DNA of 64,000 nucleotides, taken from an uncultured Candidatus Saccharibacteria bacterium. GTDB lineage: Bacteria; Patescibacteriota; Dojkabacteria; SC72. Each line of letters opens with the position of its first letter. The stretch's first letter is position 1. Shown in pieces: positions 29,804 to 39,167 of this stretch. Location: the NCBI GenBank assembly GCA_964514595.1, contig CAZEQZ010000002.1, positions 29,812-93,811 of the forward strand, written 5' to 3'. Both the position numbers and the translations under genes were made by a program. The notes under the pieces are model-generated. The model was given only the letters and a program-made list of their open reading frames with translations. It had not been told where the DNA came from and searched no databases.

Positions 29804-30088
29804 TTATTCGGGCCTCCTTGGATAGTTCGTAGATACTGGCGGATACTCTGTACTCTCTTGTACAGGTTGTTCTGCTACATTCTGGTCTGCAATACCTTCC
29901 TGAGCTATATCTTCCCCCTTATCCTCTTCCTCTGGGATTCTTTCTTTTATATTCCTCCACATTAAAAGAAATACTACCAAAAGGAAAGGGAATGCTACAG
30001 CTACAAGTATGTTTCTTGTAACAATGCCTGTTATAACAGCAAGTATTAAACAACCTATTAATGTGAATATGATCCTCCCCATTGTCAT
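29804..30088 (-). CDS. small membrane protein with an acidic C-terminal tail
   Basis: 94 aa with 2 TM helices followed by an E/D/Q-rich tail. Confidence 0.4.
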   Translation of the reverse strand: MTMGRIIFTLIGCLILAVITGIVTRNILVAVAFPFLLVVFLLMWRNIKERIPEEEDKGEDIAQEGIADQNVAEQPVQESTEYPPVSTNYPRRPE

Positions 30089-30107
30089 AATCTAATATAT
30101 ACCAAAT

Positions 30108-33100
30108 TTAAGATTTTTTCACCTTTATCCTCTCTGCAAGAATGTAGTTATCTTTTCTCACATCAATGAAAGTCCCCCTCTTGATATCAACTAACTCCCA
30201 ACCTTTCTCCGCAATATCAAGCTCATATTTACCTTTGTCTAATATAAATCTATATTTACCTTTACTGTTTGTTACTCTTTTAGCTATTACCTTATTGAAT
30301 TCCTTTTCTCGTATAGTTATAGATATGTTAGATAGTGGCTTACCCTTCTCATCTACAACTTTTCCATATTTACCTTTCTTATTAAAGAAAGAGTTTATTA
30401 AAATATATAACGGGATTATATACAGAAGAAGAAATATTAGATTATTACTATTCCTGTGTGTGTAGTATGTGTACGAGGATATGGTCACTCCCACAATAAA
30501 TATGAAGACATTGAGTATTGATAGTGCTTTAACTAATATATTCTTGATTCTGTGAAATACCATTTGACCACCTAGAATCTCTTTAGGATCTATAGGAACA
30601 GCAATTTGTATATCCGTATCTTCTGACGATATATCTAGGCTACCAGTATATACATTCTGTAATGGATAATCATGTGGACCCTTTACATATATACTTGGGT
30701 ATTCATATCCAGACTTAGATACTTTTAACAAATACTTTCCCTTTCCTAAGCTAGCAGAGAATCTCCCATTGATATCTGTAACAGCTGTATCCACCAACCT
30801 ATCCTTAGTATTAAATACTCTAACTAATGCCATATGGACAGGTTCTTTAGTATTAGAATCATATACAAACCCGTAATTAACCCTCTTCTTTCTAAAGCCT
30901 AAGGAACTCAAAATTAACATCATAAATTGCGATACCATATATCCCAACTGTGTTAACCCACCAAAGAGAGCTGTAGCTCCTACCGTTACAGTTACTACAT
31001 TTGCTGTTGTGGAAATAGTCCGAAGCTCCCTCTCTTCAAGATTGGTCACAACATCTGTATTTATCAATATGCCTAAAGTATTATCCTTTATAAAGTTTGT
31101 AATTTTCTGAATAGTTGATTGCTTTGGAACAGCCTTCTCTGATTTCGACTCCTCTTTTTTCTCCTCCACGACAGGTTTATCTACTTTAGTATCTTTCGGT
31201 TCTTCATAGTAGAATCCTAGTCCTCCTGTACCTCTTAACCCATCAGCAACCCAATAATTTATTCCACCTATTACTACCTTAGACACCGTAACTGATGACT
31301 CCCCTACATTCTTTTTACTCGGAAACTCCCCTGTAAATTGTACTGCTCCCGAACACTTCTCCTTTACTTCCTCTAACTGAGAGGCACCTGGGCAAAGCAG
31401 AAACGCATTCGTATCATCTGCATTAACATACATTGTGAACGGATTAGAGACACCATGATTCTCTTGAAGCTTTATTACTGTCTTCCTCTCTTCTGGAGCA
31501 CTTAGTATTATAGCGTCCTGCCAATCCCTATCCTGATTAAATAAAACAGGAATATCCGCTACTAGGAGATCCCCTTTCTTTATCCTAACATTCCTTTCCC
31601 CGAATTGAGCATTATTACGTACTGTTAAATCTATATTCTCTTGAGTAGCCAGGGTAGCACGAAGTGTACTGTCAATATTTCTCAATATAGCCCCTGTACC
31701 GATGAAGATTGGATCACTCCAACCAGTTTGTACTAGAGATTTATTTCTAGCCTTAACTGAAAACCCATACTGAACTCCTGTCTCCAATCCATTTACTATT
31801 ACTCCATTAGCAGATCCAAAATTAGAGAAAGTTCCCCATTTTTCCTGAACAGTTAATGTCCCTAATTCAAAATCTAAATACCTACCACTATTGTTTTCTC
31901 TAATTAATAACTCTGTATCTGCTGGATTATCTAAAGTATTAATATATACCCTAGCACTATCACTTGACACAGCATTCACCCTAACCATGGATGGGCTCTG
32001 AGCGAAGGTATATATTGATTGATTCGTTGACCAGGTTGTAGCAACATTCTTTTTATTTAAACTTCTTACTTTAAATTCGTACTCAGTATTAGGAAGCAAT
32101 CCATCAATATCGATACTGGAAGAAAATGGAGTAATGGAGGAGGAAGTCATTAATATTTTCAGATCATTATTGTAATATCTATTACTCTTATTCTCCACTA
32201 TCTGTAGGCTATCCCTACTACTTCCAGATATTGCTAATCTAACAGAGGATGCTCCTGTTGCAGTTACTGAGGATATCCTAGAAGGTTCTGAGTGCGTAGA
32301 GAAAAGAAATGTATTTGAATAATCACTTTCAGATATATTACTGTACACTTTCACCTTCCTAGCATATTCTGTATTAGAGGAGAGATTTCCCTCTATACAC
32401 TGGTTCATACTATTAACAGAGCAGGTGATCAACAGATTGTTATTGGAATCATAGATCTTATATCCTACCTTAGAAGCATTGCTATCCGTTACTCTCCAAG
32501 TAAATGAACTGGCTGTTGTTGTGAGAGCTGAGAGTAGTGTCGGAGGATATAGTTTAGTTGCAACTGTAACTGATTGAGAAAATTCACTTTCTATATCCGC
32601 TTCATTTCTAGATTTAACTTTGAATCTGTATTCCGTACCTACTTCCAACCCAACAACTTCCTTTCCATTCTCCGACCCGAACTGAGTATATGTTCCCCAT
32701 ACCTCCTCATCTACCAAAGCTCCTGTAGAGATATCTACATACTTGTTCGTACTTTCTTCCATAATTGCATATTGTGTACCTACAGGGTTATTATCCTGAC
32801 TTAAAGCAACAGTTATACTGTTTATAGTTCGTGCAATTAATACTGGTACATTTGGTATATCTGATTTAGTATATGTCCCTATATACTCACTAAAGGTAGT
32901 TTCTATACCATTATAGTTTCTAGATTTCACCCTGAAGAAATAAAGGGTATTAGGTTCTAAATTAGTTACTGCTGTACTTTCTGATTGAGTCCATACGGAA
33001 ATTCCCTCATTACAATCTAATTCCTCACATTCAAAAAATACGCCTGAATTACCGTCATTTATATTATTTACCCCCTCTGCTGTTAAAGAGACTGAAGAAG

Positions 33101-35534
33101 ATGAAAGAGGAGACAAAGATATGGATGGAACTTCTGCCAAAGTATATATTGTTATACTCTCAGAATATTCGGTTTCAACACCATCTCCATTTCTGCCCTT
33201 CACTCTGAAAGTATATGCGGTATTAAAATCCAAATTAGTTACCTCATCACTACTGGTAGATATCCATTCATTAATACCTGTGTCACATCCTGTATTCTCA
33301 CAATCAAAATATATTTCCGACCCATTTATCTGACCGAGGGCAGACAGATTTATCGTTGAAACAGTTTTCTCTCCTCCTTCTAGTATTGTTGGTGGCGAGA
33401 GTAGTGTATACACATATGCAAGTTCAGAAGGGGCACTTTCTCCTGAGGAATTGTATGCAGTAATTTTTCTAGAATATTGAGTATTCTCATCAAGACCAGT
33501 CTCATCACAATATGTTAAGTCCTCTCCAAGGCAGTATTTAATTAAATTGTCTTCTTCATCATACAGAGCAAATCCTTCTTCATTGTTAGCATTATCTGAG
33601 AAGTGCCATCTGATGACAGAGGTTGACAAAGCTTCAGGTGTCCCCATTGTTGGGACTTCAGGAGCCGTAGAATAAGTTAGAGATACACCTTCTAATACAG
33701 GAGTGTCTTGTCCACTATTAGTATCAAAAGATATTTTGTAATAAAACTCAGAAGTTTGTAGATCTAATTCTTCCAGAATGATCTCTACATTTTCACCAAG
33801 GATTAGCTCATCATCACCATCTTCTATTCCAGAGGAATCAAACCACATTAAAGAATCCGTACTAAATTGAATAGAAGCTGAAGTCCCCACAGGTTTAGAA
33901 GATAGAGTATAAGAGAAGGACTGTATAAAAACATTATTTTCTTCCGAAATCAAATCAGACGATTGCAAAGTCATTGAGTTGGCGTATGCAGGGCTCACTT
34001 GTGAACTTGCGACAGGGGTGGAATTACCATTAAAAGAAGTCGTGTATTCTATACGAACCCTACCATCACCTCCGGCAACTCCTCGTGTAGATGGAACACC
34101 AGCAGATGCAGTAGTAGAAGACTCACTTAAACTTATTTGCCCTCCTACTATCTTAATAGCACCACCTGCGCCGGTTCCTCCCCCAGAACCCTTGGATTCA
34201 GGTTCCGCAGTAATGTTTCCTCCATTACTTTTTATTGAGCCCAACACATTTATATCAGTCCCCAAAATAAATATTATTCCTCCTCCACGACTCCCACTCG
34301 TACCATCATAATAAGATCCCGATAACCCTTGACCTGCACCACCTCCACCTCCACCTCCTCCGAAATTAAGCCTAGACAAATCAGCTTCTCCCGCGCTTTT
34401 ACCACCACCCCCTCCTCCAGCCGAGTATCTCTTATCTCCGTAATGCAAAGCCCCCGCTCCCCCGGCTCCACTGGCCGAAGATGTTCCCCCATCCCCAGAG
34501 GTCACCCTACTATATCCCCCCACTCCTGGGGTTCCATAACCACCGCCCCCTCCTCCTCCACCTAAACCATCACAGTCATTTGTTGTACATTTTGTATTTG
34601 TAGAACCACCACCCCCTCCTCCAACTGATCCGTAATCATTACTTCCAGCTCCTCCTGCCCTGTTAGATCCTCCGCCACCACCACCACTCCAACTTCCTGC
34701 ATACCCTACTGCACCAGTAGCTCCTCCCTTCCCATCGTTTCCAGATACTGGGAAATATCCTTCTCCAGGAGTAGTATTACATGCTCCTACAGCACACTTA
34801 TTTCCTCCTCTATATCCCAAAGCAGAAACATCTATATTTCCGTTTACATTAACTACCCCAGAAGCTTCAAACGAGAAAACTCCTCCTTTTGTACCATCCC
34901 ATGCATCAGGATACCAATTTACCCCAGCATTAACTGTTACATCACTATACTGGGGAATTCTCTGAACCATTATTTTTTGTGTAGTACCATTGTATCCATT
35001 TGTCAGATTCCTATCTAAAGAGAGAATTTCGCCTACTACATTCTCTACGTATGCAGTTTCATACTGTCCGACATTTGAATGATCTGCTTGTGTACCTTGT
35101 AAGTTTATTATCAATATTTCATCCCCTATCGACAACCCCGTAGCTACAGAAGATAGGGTTATGCTATCACTCCCAGCCACCACATTTTCTGTTACAGAGA
35201 AATTAACTGCATCTCCATCCACTCTCCCAACACAGCTCCCAGTATTAATGTTTGTATTTACAGAAACAGTACAAATTCCATCATTCCCTGTTCCAAAACT
35301 AACTTTACTAACTTTAACAGTTCCCTCCCCAATATCATAATTAGATGAATTGACCTGATCTATTAAATCTAATGTGCTGAAATCCTCTACTACGGTATGT
35401 GCAACACTTTGTATGGTTCTTGCAAGATATAAATAAACAGCTATAGGTAAAAATGTGATTACTGTAAATACTGAAAGAATAACTATAAACCTCCTCCAAT
35501 TAAAATTCCCTAAGAGTGTTTTCTTTTTCTTCAT
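30108..35534 (-). CDS. giant (1808 aa) cell-surface protein: signal anchor, Gly-rich beta region, about 8 FN3-like repeats, then TM helices interleaved with two CarboxypepD_reg-like domains
   Basis: N-terminal TM. Poly-Gly runs at aa ~230–560 (GGGGGGS, GLGGGGGGGGYGTPG). Repeated ~90-aa FN3-like units (e.g. ...YFDCENTGCDTGINEWISTSSDEVTNLDFNTAYTFRVKGRNGDGVETEYSESITIYTLAEVP). Hydrophobic helices at aa ~1480–1520 and ~1660–1720. Two transthyretin-like segments (GFVYDSNTKEPVHMALVRVF...; GKVVDEKGKPLSNISITIRE...). Confidence 0.7.
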   Translation of the reverse strand: MKKKKTLLGNFNWRRFIVILSVFTVITFLPIAVYLYLARTIQSVAHTVVEDFSTLDLIDQVNSSNYDIGEGTVKVSKVSFGTGNDGICTVSVNTNINTGSCVGRVDGDAVNFSVTENVVAGSDSITLSSVATGLSIGDEILIINLQGTQADHSNVGQYETAYVENVVGEILSLDRNLTNGYNGTTQKIMVQRIPQYSDVTVNAGVNWYPDAWDGTKGGVFSFEASGVVNVNGNIDVSALGYRGGNKCAVGACNTTPGEGYFPVSGNDGKGGATGAVGYAGSWSGGGGGGSNRAGGAGSNDYGSVGGGGGGSTNTKCTTNDCDGLGGGGGGGGYGTPGVGGYSRVTSGDGGTSSASGAGGAGALHYGDKRYSAGGGGGGKSAGEADLSRLNFGGGGGGGGAGQGLSGSYYDGTSGSRGGGIIFILGTDINVLGSIKSNGGNITAEPESKGSGGGTGAGGAIKIVGGQISLSESSTTASAGVPSTRGVAGGDGRVRIEYTTSFNGNSTPVASSQVSPAYANSMTLQSSDLISEENNVFIQSFSYTLSSKPVGTSASIQFSTDSLMWFDSSGIEDGDDELILGENVEIILEELDLQTSEFYYKISFDTNSGQDTPVLEGVSLTYSTAPEVPTMGTPEALSTSVIRWHFSDNANNEEGFALYDEEDNLIKYCLGEDLTYCDETGLDENTQYSRKITAYNSSGESAPSELAYVYTLLSPPTILEGGEKTVSTINLSALGQINGSEIYFDCENTGCDTGINEWISTSSDEVTNLDFNTAYTFRVKGRNGDGVETEYSESITIYTLAEVPSISLSPLSSSSVSLTAEGVNNINDGNSGVFFECEELDCNEGISVWTQSESTAVTNLEPNTLYFFRVKSRNYNGIETTFSEYIGTYTKSDIPNVPVLIARTINSITVALSQDNNPVGTQYAIMEESTNKYVDISTGALVDEEVWGTYTQFGSENGKEVVGLEVGTEYRFKVKSRNEADIESEFSQSVTVATKLYPPTLLSALTTTASSFTWRVTDSNASKVGYKIYDSNNNLLITCSVNSMNQCIEGNLSSNTEYARKVKVYSNISESDYSNTFLFSTHSEPSRISSVTATGASSVRLAISGSSRDSLQIVENKSNRYYNNDLKILMTSSSITPFSSSIDIDGLLPNTEYEFKVRSLNKKNVATTWSTNQSIYTFAQSPSMVRVNAVSSDSARVYINTLDNPADTELLIRENNSGRYLDFELGTLTVQEKWGTFSNFGSANGVIVNGLETGVQYGFSVKARNKSLVQTGWSDPIFIGTGAILRNIDSTLRATLATQENIDLTVRNNAQFGERNVRIKKGDLLVADIPVLFNQDRDWQDAIILSAPEERKTVIKLQENHGVSNPFTMYVNADDTNAFLLCPGASQLEEVKEKCSGAVQFTGEFPSKKNVGESSVTVSKVVIGGINYWVADGLRGTGGLGFYYEEPKDTKVDKPVVEEKKEESKSEKAVPKQSTIQKITNFIKDNTLGILINTDVVTNLEERELRTISTTANVVTVTVGATALFGGLTQLGYMVSQFMMLILSSLGFRKKRVNYGFVYDSNTKEPVHMALVRVFNTKDRLVDTAVTDINGRFSASLGKGKYLLKVSKSGYEYPSIYVKGPHDYPLQNVYTGSLDISSEDTDIQIAVPIDPKEILGGQMVFHRIKNILVKALSILNVFIFIVGVTISSYTYYTHRNSNNLIFLLLYIIPLYILINSFFNKKGKYGKVVDEKGKPLSNISITIREKEFNKVIAKRVTNSKGKYRFILDKGKYELDIAEKGWELVDIKRGTFIDVRKDNYILAERIKVKKS

Positions 35535-35671
35535 TAATATGGCAGTTATATTACTTCTTACATTTTACATAGATGAGTGTGTCATGACAAGCGTTTTGGG
35601 AATTTTGATGGATGGTGGGATGTGTTGGAGAGCCTGAAACTTAAAACCTGCATTGTTTTAACAAGCTATCT

Positions 35672-36289
35672 CTAAAAAAGCCCCCATTTATTCATATCCT
35701 CAGACACTCCCATTATTACAGAAATCTTCTCAGGAAGAATATCCTTATTCAATGCTAACACCGTTAATCTTAGATGACCTTCCAACACAACAAATTCGTT
35801 TCCATCAGAAACAAGAATCATTTCGTCAAAAGACTTATTTTTCTTAAAATACTCTGATGCTTCTAAGAGATTATCATACGGCACATCATAGACCATCTCA
35901 TTATTTCTAATTTTGCGCACAGCATCTTTAGACAATCTAGAACCATTTGTTAACTCTACCCAATAATCATAATTAATAAACAAAACTTCGTTTATGAGAA
36001 AATCCTTAGAGACCTCTACACGAAACCATTTGATATTTTGTGGGAATCCACCAAAGAGACCTTTTCTAGAAACATATTTTCTTGTTTCTTCAAGAATTTC
36101 TAGTCTTATATCATTCTCTTGGGAGTTGTTGAGATCAGGATTTTGAATTATAGAATTAGTTACTCCCAATTTTTCAATTGCCATCTTAATCTTTTCAGAA
36201 AATCTTTCAGACTTAAGTTCTCCTTTTAAGAATACGCTTATTACTTCAGCTTCAGAGATTGGTTTAAGATCTAATCCAGATATATTCAT
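35672..36289 (-). CDS. hypothetical protein
   Basis: 205-aa ORF directly downstream of tRNA-Val(UAC). No family recognised. Confidence 0.35.
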   Translation of the reverse strand: MNISGLDLKPISEAEVISVFLKGELKSERFSEKIKMAIEKLGVTNSIIQNPDLNNSQENDIRLEILEETRKYVSRKGLFGGFPQNIKWFRVEVSKDFLINEVLFINYDYWVELTNGSRLSKDAVRKIRNNEMVYDVPYDNLLEASEYFKKNKSFDEMILVSDGNEFVVLEGHLRLTVLALNKDILPEKISVIMGVSEDMNKWGLF

Positions 36290-36316
36290 AGGAAATTATA
36301 CAGGAAATTCAAAAAA

Positions 36317-36393
36317 TGGTGGGCGACACAGGATTCGAACCTGTGACCCTCTCGGTGTAAACGAGATGCTCTGACCAGCTGAGCTAGTCGCCC
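36317..36393 (-). tRNA. tRNA-Val (anticodon UAC), CCA encoded
   Basis: GGGCGAC-TA-GCTC-AGCTGGTCA-GAGC-A-TCTCG-TTTACAC-CGAGA-GGGTC-ACAGG-TTCGAAT-CCTGT-GTCGCCC-A-CCA. Perfect cloverleaf. Confidence 0.9.
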
Positions 36394-36400
36394 ATATATA

Positions 36401-36487
36401 TGCCGAGGACAGGAGTTGAACCTGCACGAGAGTATAAGTCTCACTACCACCTCAAGGTAGCGTGTCTGCCAATTCCACCACCTCGGC
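36401..36487 (-). tRNA. tRNA-Leu (anticodon GAG), type II with a long variable arm
   Basis: GCCGAGG ... CTACC-TTGAGGT-GGTAG, a long variable arm, T arm GCAGG-TTCAACT-CCTGT, acceptor 3' strand CCTCGGC, discriminator A. Confidence 0.85.
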
Positions 36488-36539
36488 ACATTATACAGTG
36501 ATTATTCTAACAAATTAAGCCTTTTTATCCAATACTTAA

Positions 36540-37397
36540 CTATTCAAACTTCATTGAATCCAAGACCCTTTGAGCTATCTGTTGAGATTCTACAACAGAA
36601 GAATCAATATAATACAGAATATTAAAAATATATTTATCCATAATCACAATATAACCCTTTGAAGAGCCTCCTATCCCTACAATAGTATACTCTAAGACAT
36701 TTTTTCCCCATTTGATAGAATCTTTATGGGATTCTGTACCATACTCATTATCTGCAGGATAAAACACCGAGAAAATATCTATATACTTTTTTTTCACTTG
36801 CTCGTAATTTTCGTTCCCATCGTTTTCAAATATATAAATGTCAAATACATGTTCTTTGACACAACCCTGCCCACATCCGAAATTGTCTGGTATTCGAGAA
36901 GGAAAAAATTCTATTCGGACATGATGTTCTAAATCAGAATGAACCTTTCCATACCAAGATATATCAAAAGCATCCGGCGCATAATCTGCATGCTTCACAT
37001 CCCAATATGAATATATATTTTGAGCACTATCTATCCCTGGCATGCTCAGCATCTTATATGTTGGAATTTCAACACCAAAACCATACTGAGGCAAAGAGAA
37101 AAGTCCCCATCCACCATTATCTAAACGAGCTTCATTCGTACACACAGTGCACTCCTCTGGATCACTATCCTCAACATTATTATCCCCCGTTACGTTCTCT
37201 TGCTTATTATCTCTATCACCAATTACATCCTCTAAAAGATTAATCCCATTATCTTTCAAAACAAAATATGTTAATCCTAAGAGAGAAAAAGCCAACAAAA
37301 TTATCAACGCATATACCCCTACCTTTTGTGGTTTCTTAGTCTCTGGCATCTCCTCGGAAACAGGAACCACGATATCATTTTGTAGTGATTCTTCCAT
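36540..37397 (-). CDS. membrane-anchored/secreted hypothetical protein with CxxC pairs
   Basis: The ORF track extends to 37595, but the first 66 codons look non-coding. The start was placed at the ATG at 37397 (MEESLQ...), which precedes a TM anchor (VGVYALIILLAFSLLGLTYFVL). ECTVCTNE and CGQGC motifs are present. Confidence 0.4.
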   Translation of the reverse strand: MEESLQNDIVVPVSEEMPETKKPQKVGVYALIILLAFSLLGLTYFVLKDNGINLLEDVIGDRDNKQENVTGDNNVEDSDPEECTVCTNEARLDNGGWGLFSLPQYGFGVEIPTYKMLSMPGIDSAQNIYSYWDVKHADYAPDAFDISWYGKVHSDLEHHVRIEFFPSRIPDNFGCGQGCVKEHVFDIYIFENDGNENYEQVKKKYIDIFSVFYPADNEYGTESHKDSIKWGKNVLEYTIVGIGGSSKGYIVIMDKYIFNILYYIDSSVVESQQIAQRVLDSMKFE

Positions 37398-37454
37398 ATG
37401 TGAAAAAAGATAAAATAGATATACATATATTAATACACTTTCATTATACTTTGT

Positions 37455-37630
37455 AAATAGACCCTTAGGGTCTGACACTCCTCCGTCCCCCAAATATCTT
37501 TGGCCTGTACTATCTTTTTGCAAAATAAGAAGGTTCTTTTGGATGTTGCAACAACAAAAATATGTACAAAAACAAGACGATTTCCTCTTGTACAAAGGTT
37601 TTTACGGGGACAGGCCGGGGTCTGACCCTA
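37455..37630. repeat. GC-rich palindromic repeat copies (GGGTCTGACCC family) in the divergent promoter region upstream of eno
   Basis: GACCCTTAGGGTCTGACAC at about 37459–37478 and GGGGACAGGCCGGGGTCTGACCC at 37605–37627. The perfect palindrome GGGTC-T-GACCC stands out against the AT-rich surroundings. The same 23-mer family occurs inside tsaD. Confidence 0.5.
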
Positions 37631-37697
37631 TGTATAACCCAATTGCAAAAATATCCCTTTTGATGCAAAATGTACATATAACATTAGGCAATACAAC

Positions 37698-38969
37698 ATG
37701 AAGATCAAAAACATACAAGCCAGAGAAATATTAGATTCCAGAGGTATACCAACAATATCTACTGAGATAGAGCTATGGAGCGGGGAAACAGGAGTCGCAG
37801 AAGTACCGTCCGGAGCATCTACAGGAAAAACAGAAGTTTTAGAAATGAGAGATGAAGACAACGAAAGACACAATGGAAAAGGTGTACTTAAAGCAGTAGA
37901 GATAATTAATACCACTATTAGAGATCTTGTAGTGAACAAAGAATTCTCTAGCCAAAGAGAGTTTGATGAACTATTAATAAATGAAGATGCAACTGAATTA
38001 AAAACCAAATTAGGAGGAAACACAATACTCTCCTGCTCTATGGCATTTGCCAGAGCAGTATCTAACGAATTTGGTCTAAATCTGTACGAATATATTGGGA
38101 TGATATATTGGGACAAGGAGTATTCTACAAGTAACTTCAAAATGCCTACCCCCCTTATACTTGTAATGGAAGGTGCAAAACATGGAAACTGGGCTACTGA
38201 CATACAAGAGTATATGTTAGCTCCTAAGATAGAAAGATTTGGATCTTTTAGTGAAGCATTCAGAGTTACAACAGAGGTATTTCATAATATTCATGACATT
38301 CTTGATACCAAGGGATATTCAGTTGGGCTTGGACTGGAGGGTGCATTCGCACCAAAAGAGATAGGAAGTAACAAGGAAGCTTTTGAAATAATAATGGAGG
38401 GGTTGAAGAAATCAGGTTTTAATCCAGGACAGGATTTTGACATTGCCTTAGATCTAGCAAGTTCCGAATTCTATGATGAGCAAAAAGATATATATGTATT
38501 AAAAAGCGAGAACAAAGAATTGAGCAAGGATGAATGGATATCACTACAAAGAGAATGGTATAAAGAATTTCCAGTATCTTCCATAGAGGACCCTCTACAT
38601 CAGGATGATTGGAATGGATGGAGTGAATTTACAAGAGAGTTTGGAGAAAAATATCAGATTGTTGGAGATGACCTACTAACTACGAATGTTAAAAGGATAC
38701 AGAGAGCTATTGAAGAGAAGGCCGTCAATAGTGTACTCATAAAATTAAACCAAATAGGAACAGTATCAGAGACGCTGGACGCTATACGATTGACGGTAGA
38801 CAATGGGATGAGTGCTGTTATTTCACACAGGAGTGGAGAAACAAATGACGACTTTATTGCTGATTTAGTTGTAGCTACACCTGCAAATCAGTGTAAATTT
38901 GGAGGTCCTAGTAGAGGTGAGAGGCTGGCAAAATATAACAGATTATTAGATATTGAACAAAATATATAA
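37698..38969 (+). CDS. eno: enolase (phosphopyruvate hydratase)
   Basis: SRGIPTISTEIELWSGETGVAEVPSGASTGKTEVLEMRD and SHRSGETNDDFIADLVVA. Enolase signature along the full length. Confidence 0.95.
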   Translation: MKIKNIQAREILDSRGIPTISTEIELWSGETGVAEVPSGASTGKTEVLEMRDEDNERHNGKGVLKAVEIINTTIRDLVVNKEFSSQREFDELLINEDATELKTKLGGNTILSCSMAFARAVSNEFGLNLYEYIGMIYWDKEYSTSNFKMPTPLILVMEGAKHGNWATDIQEYMLAPKIERFGSFSEAFRVTTEVFHNIHDILDTKGYSVGLGLEGAFAPKEIGSNKEAFEIIMEGLKKSGFNPGQDFDIALDLASSEFYDEQKDIYVLKSENKELSKDEWISLQREWYKEFPVSSIEDPLHQDDWNGWSEFTREFGEKYQIVGDDLLTTNVKRIQRAIEEKAVNSVLIKLNQIGTVSETLDAIRLTVDNGMSAVISHRSGETNDDFIADLVVATPANQCKFGGPSRGERLAKYNRLLDIEQNI

Positions 38970-39047
38970 CAAAGGGAATAGGCGAGCGTGGAATAGATAA
39001 AAATCTTTTAGACTTCTGAAGTCTAATTATTCCACACTCACCGTTAG

Positions 39048-39121
39048 CGCTCCTGAAAGGATTCGAACCTCTATACAGTCATTCAAAGGCTGACTGGCTT
39101 TTCCATTTAAGCTACAGGAGC
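39048..39121 (-). tRNA. tRNA with an atypical 9-nt anticodon loop (GCCUUUGAA); identity unresolved (Gln-UUG or Lys-UUU), possible pseudo-tRNA
   Basis: GCTCCTG-TA-GCTT-AAATGGAA-AAGC-C-AGTCA-GCCTTTGAA-TGACT-GTAT-AGAGG-TTCGAAT-CCTTT-CAGGAGC-G. All other arms are canonical, including the T-loop TTCGAAT. Discriminator is G73. No CCA. Confidence 0.55.
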
Positions 39122-39167
39122 ATAAAATACCAGAATTATATACTATAAGCTTCTAAAATTACAGTTC

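Noticed and set aside
33979-34565. Several 70–110-aa ORFs on the plus strand (33979–34311, 34329–34565) and the minus-strand ORF 34274–34492
   Set aside because: All fall inside the Gly-rich repeat region of the giant gene. G-rich and C-rich codon runs generate long open frames on both strands. They are not independent genes.
34300-34700. Collagen-like or PE-PGRS-like identification of the Gly-rich region
   Set aside because: There is no G-x-y triplet periodicity. Glycines occur in homopolymer runs, so it was described only as a glycine-rich beta region.
36286-36489. 67-aa ORF on the minus strand
   Set aside because: It lies entirely within the two well-formed tRNA genes (Val-UAC and Leu-GAG), so it is a translation artefact.
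37398-37595. N-terminal 66 codons of track ORF 36540–37595
   Set aside because: The sequence (MYKRKSSCFCTYFCCCNIQ...) is non-protein-like and overlaps the GC-rich palindrome region. The start was reassigned to the ATG at 37397, which precedes the TM anchor.
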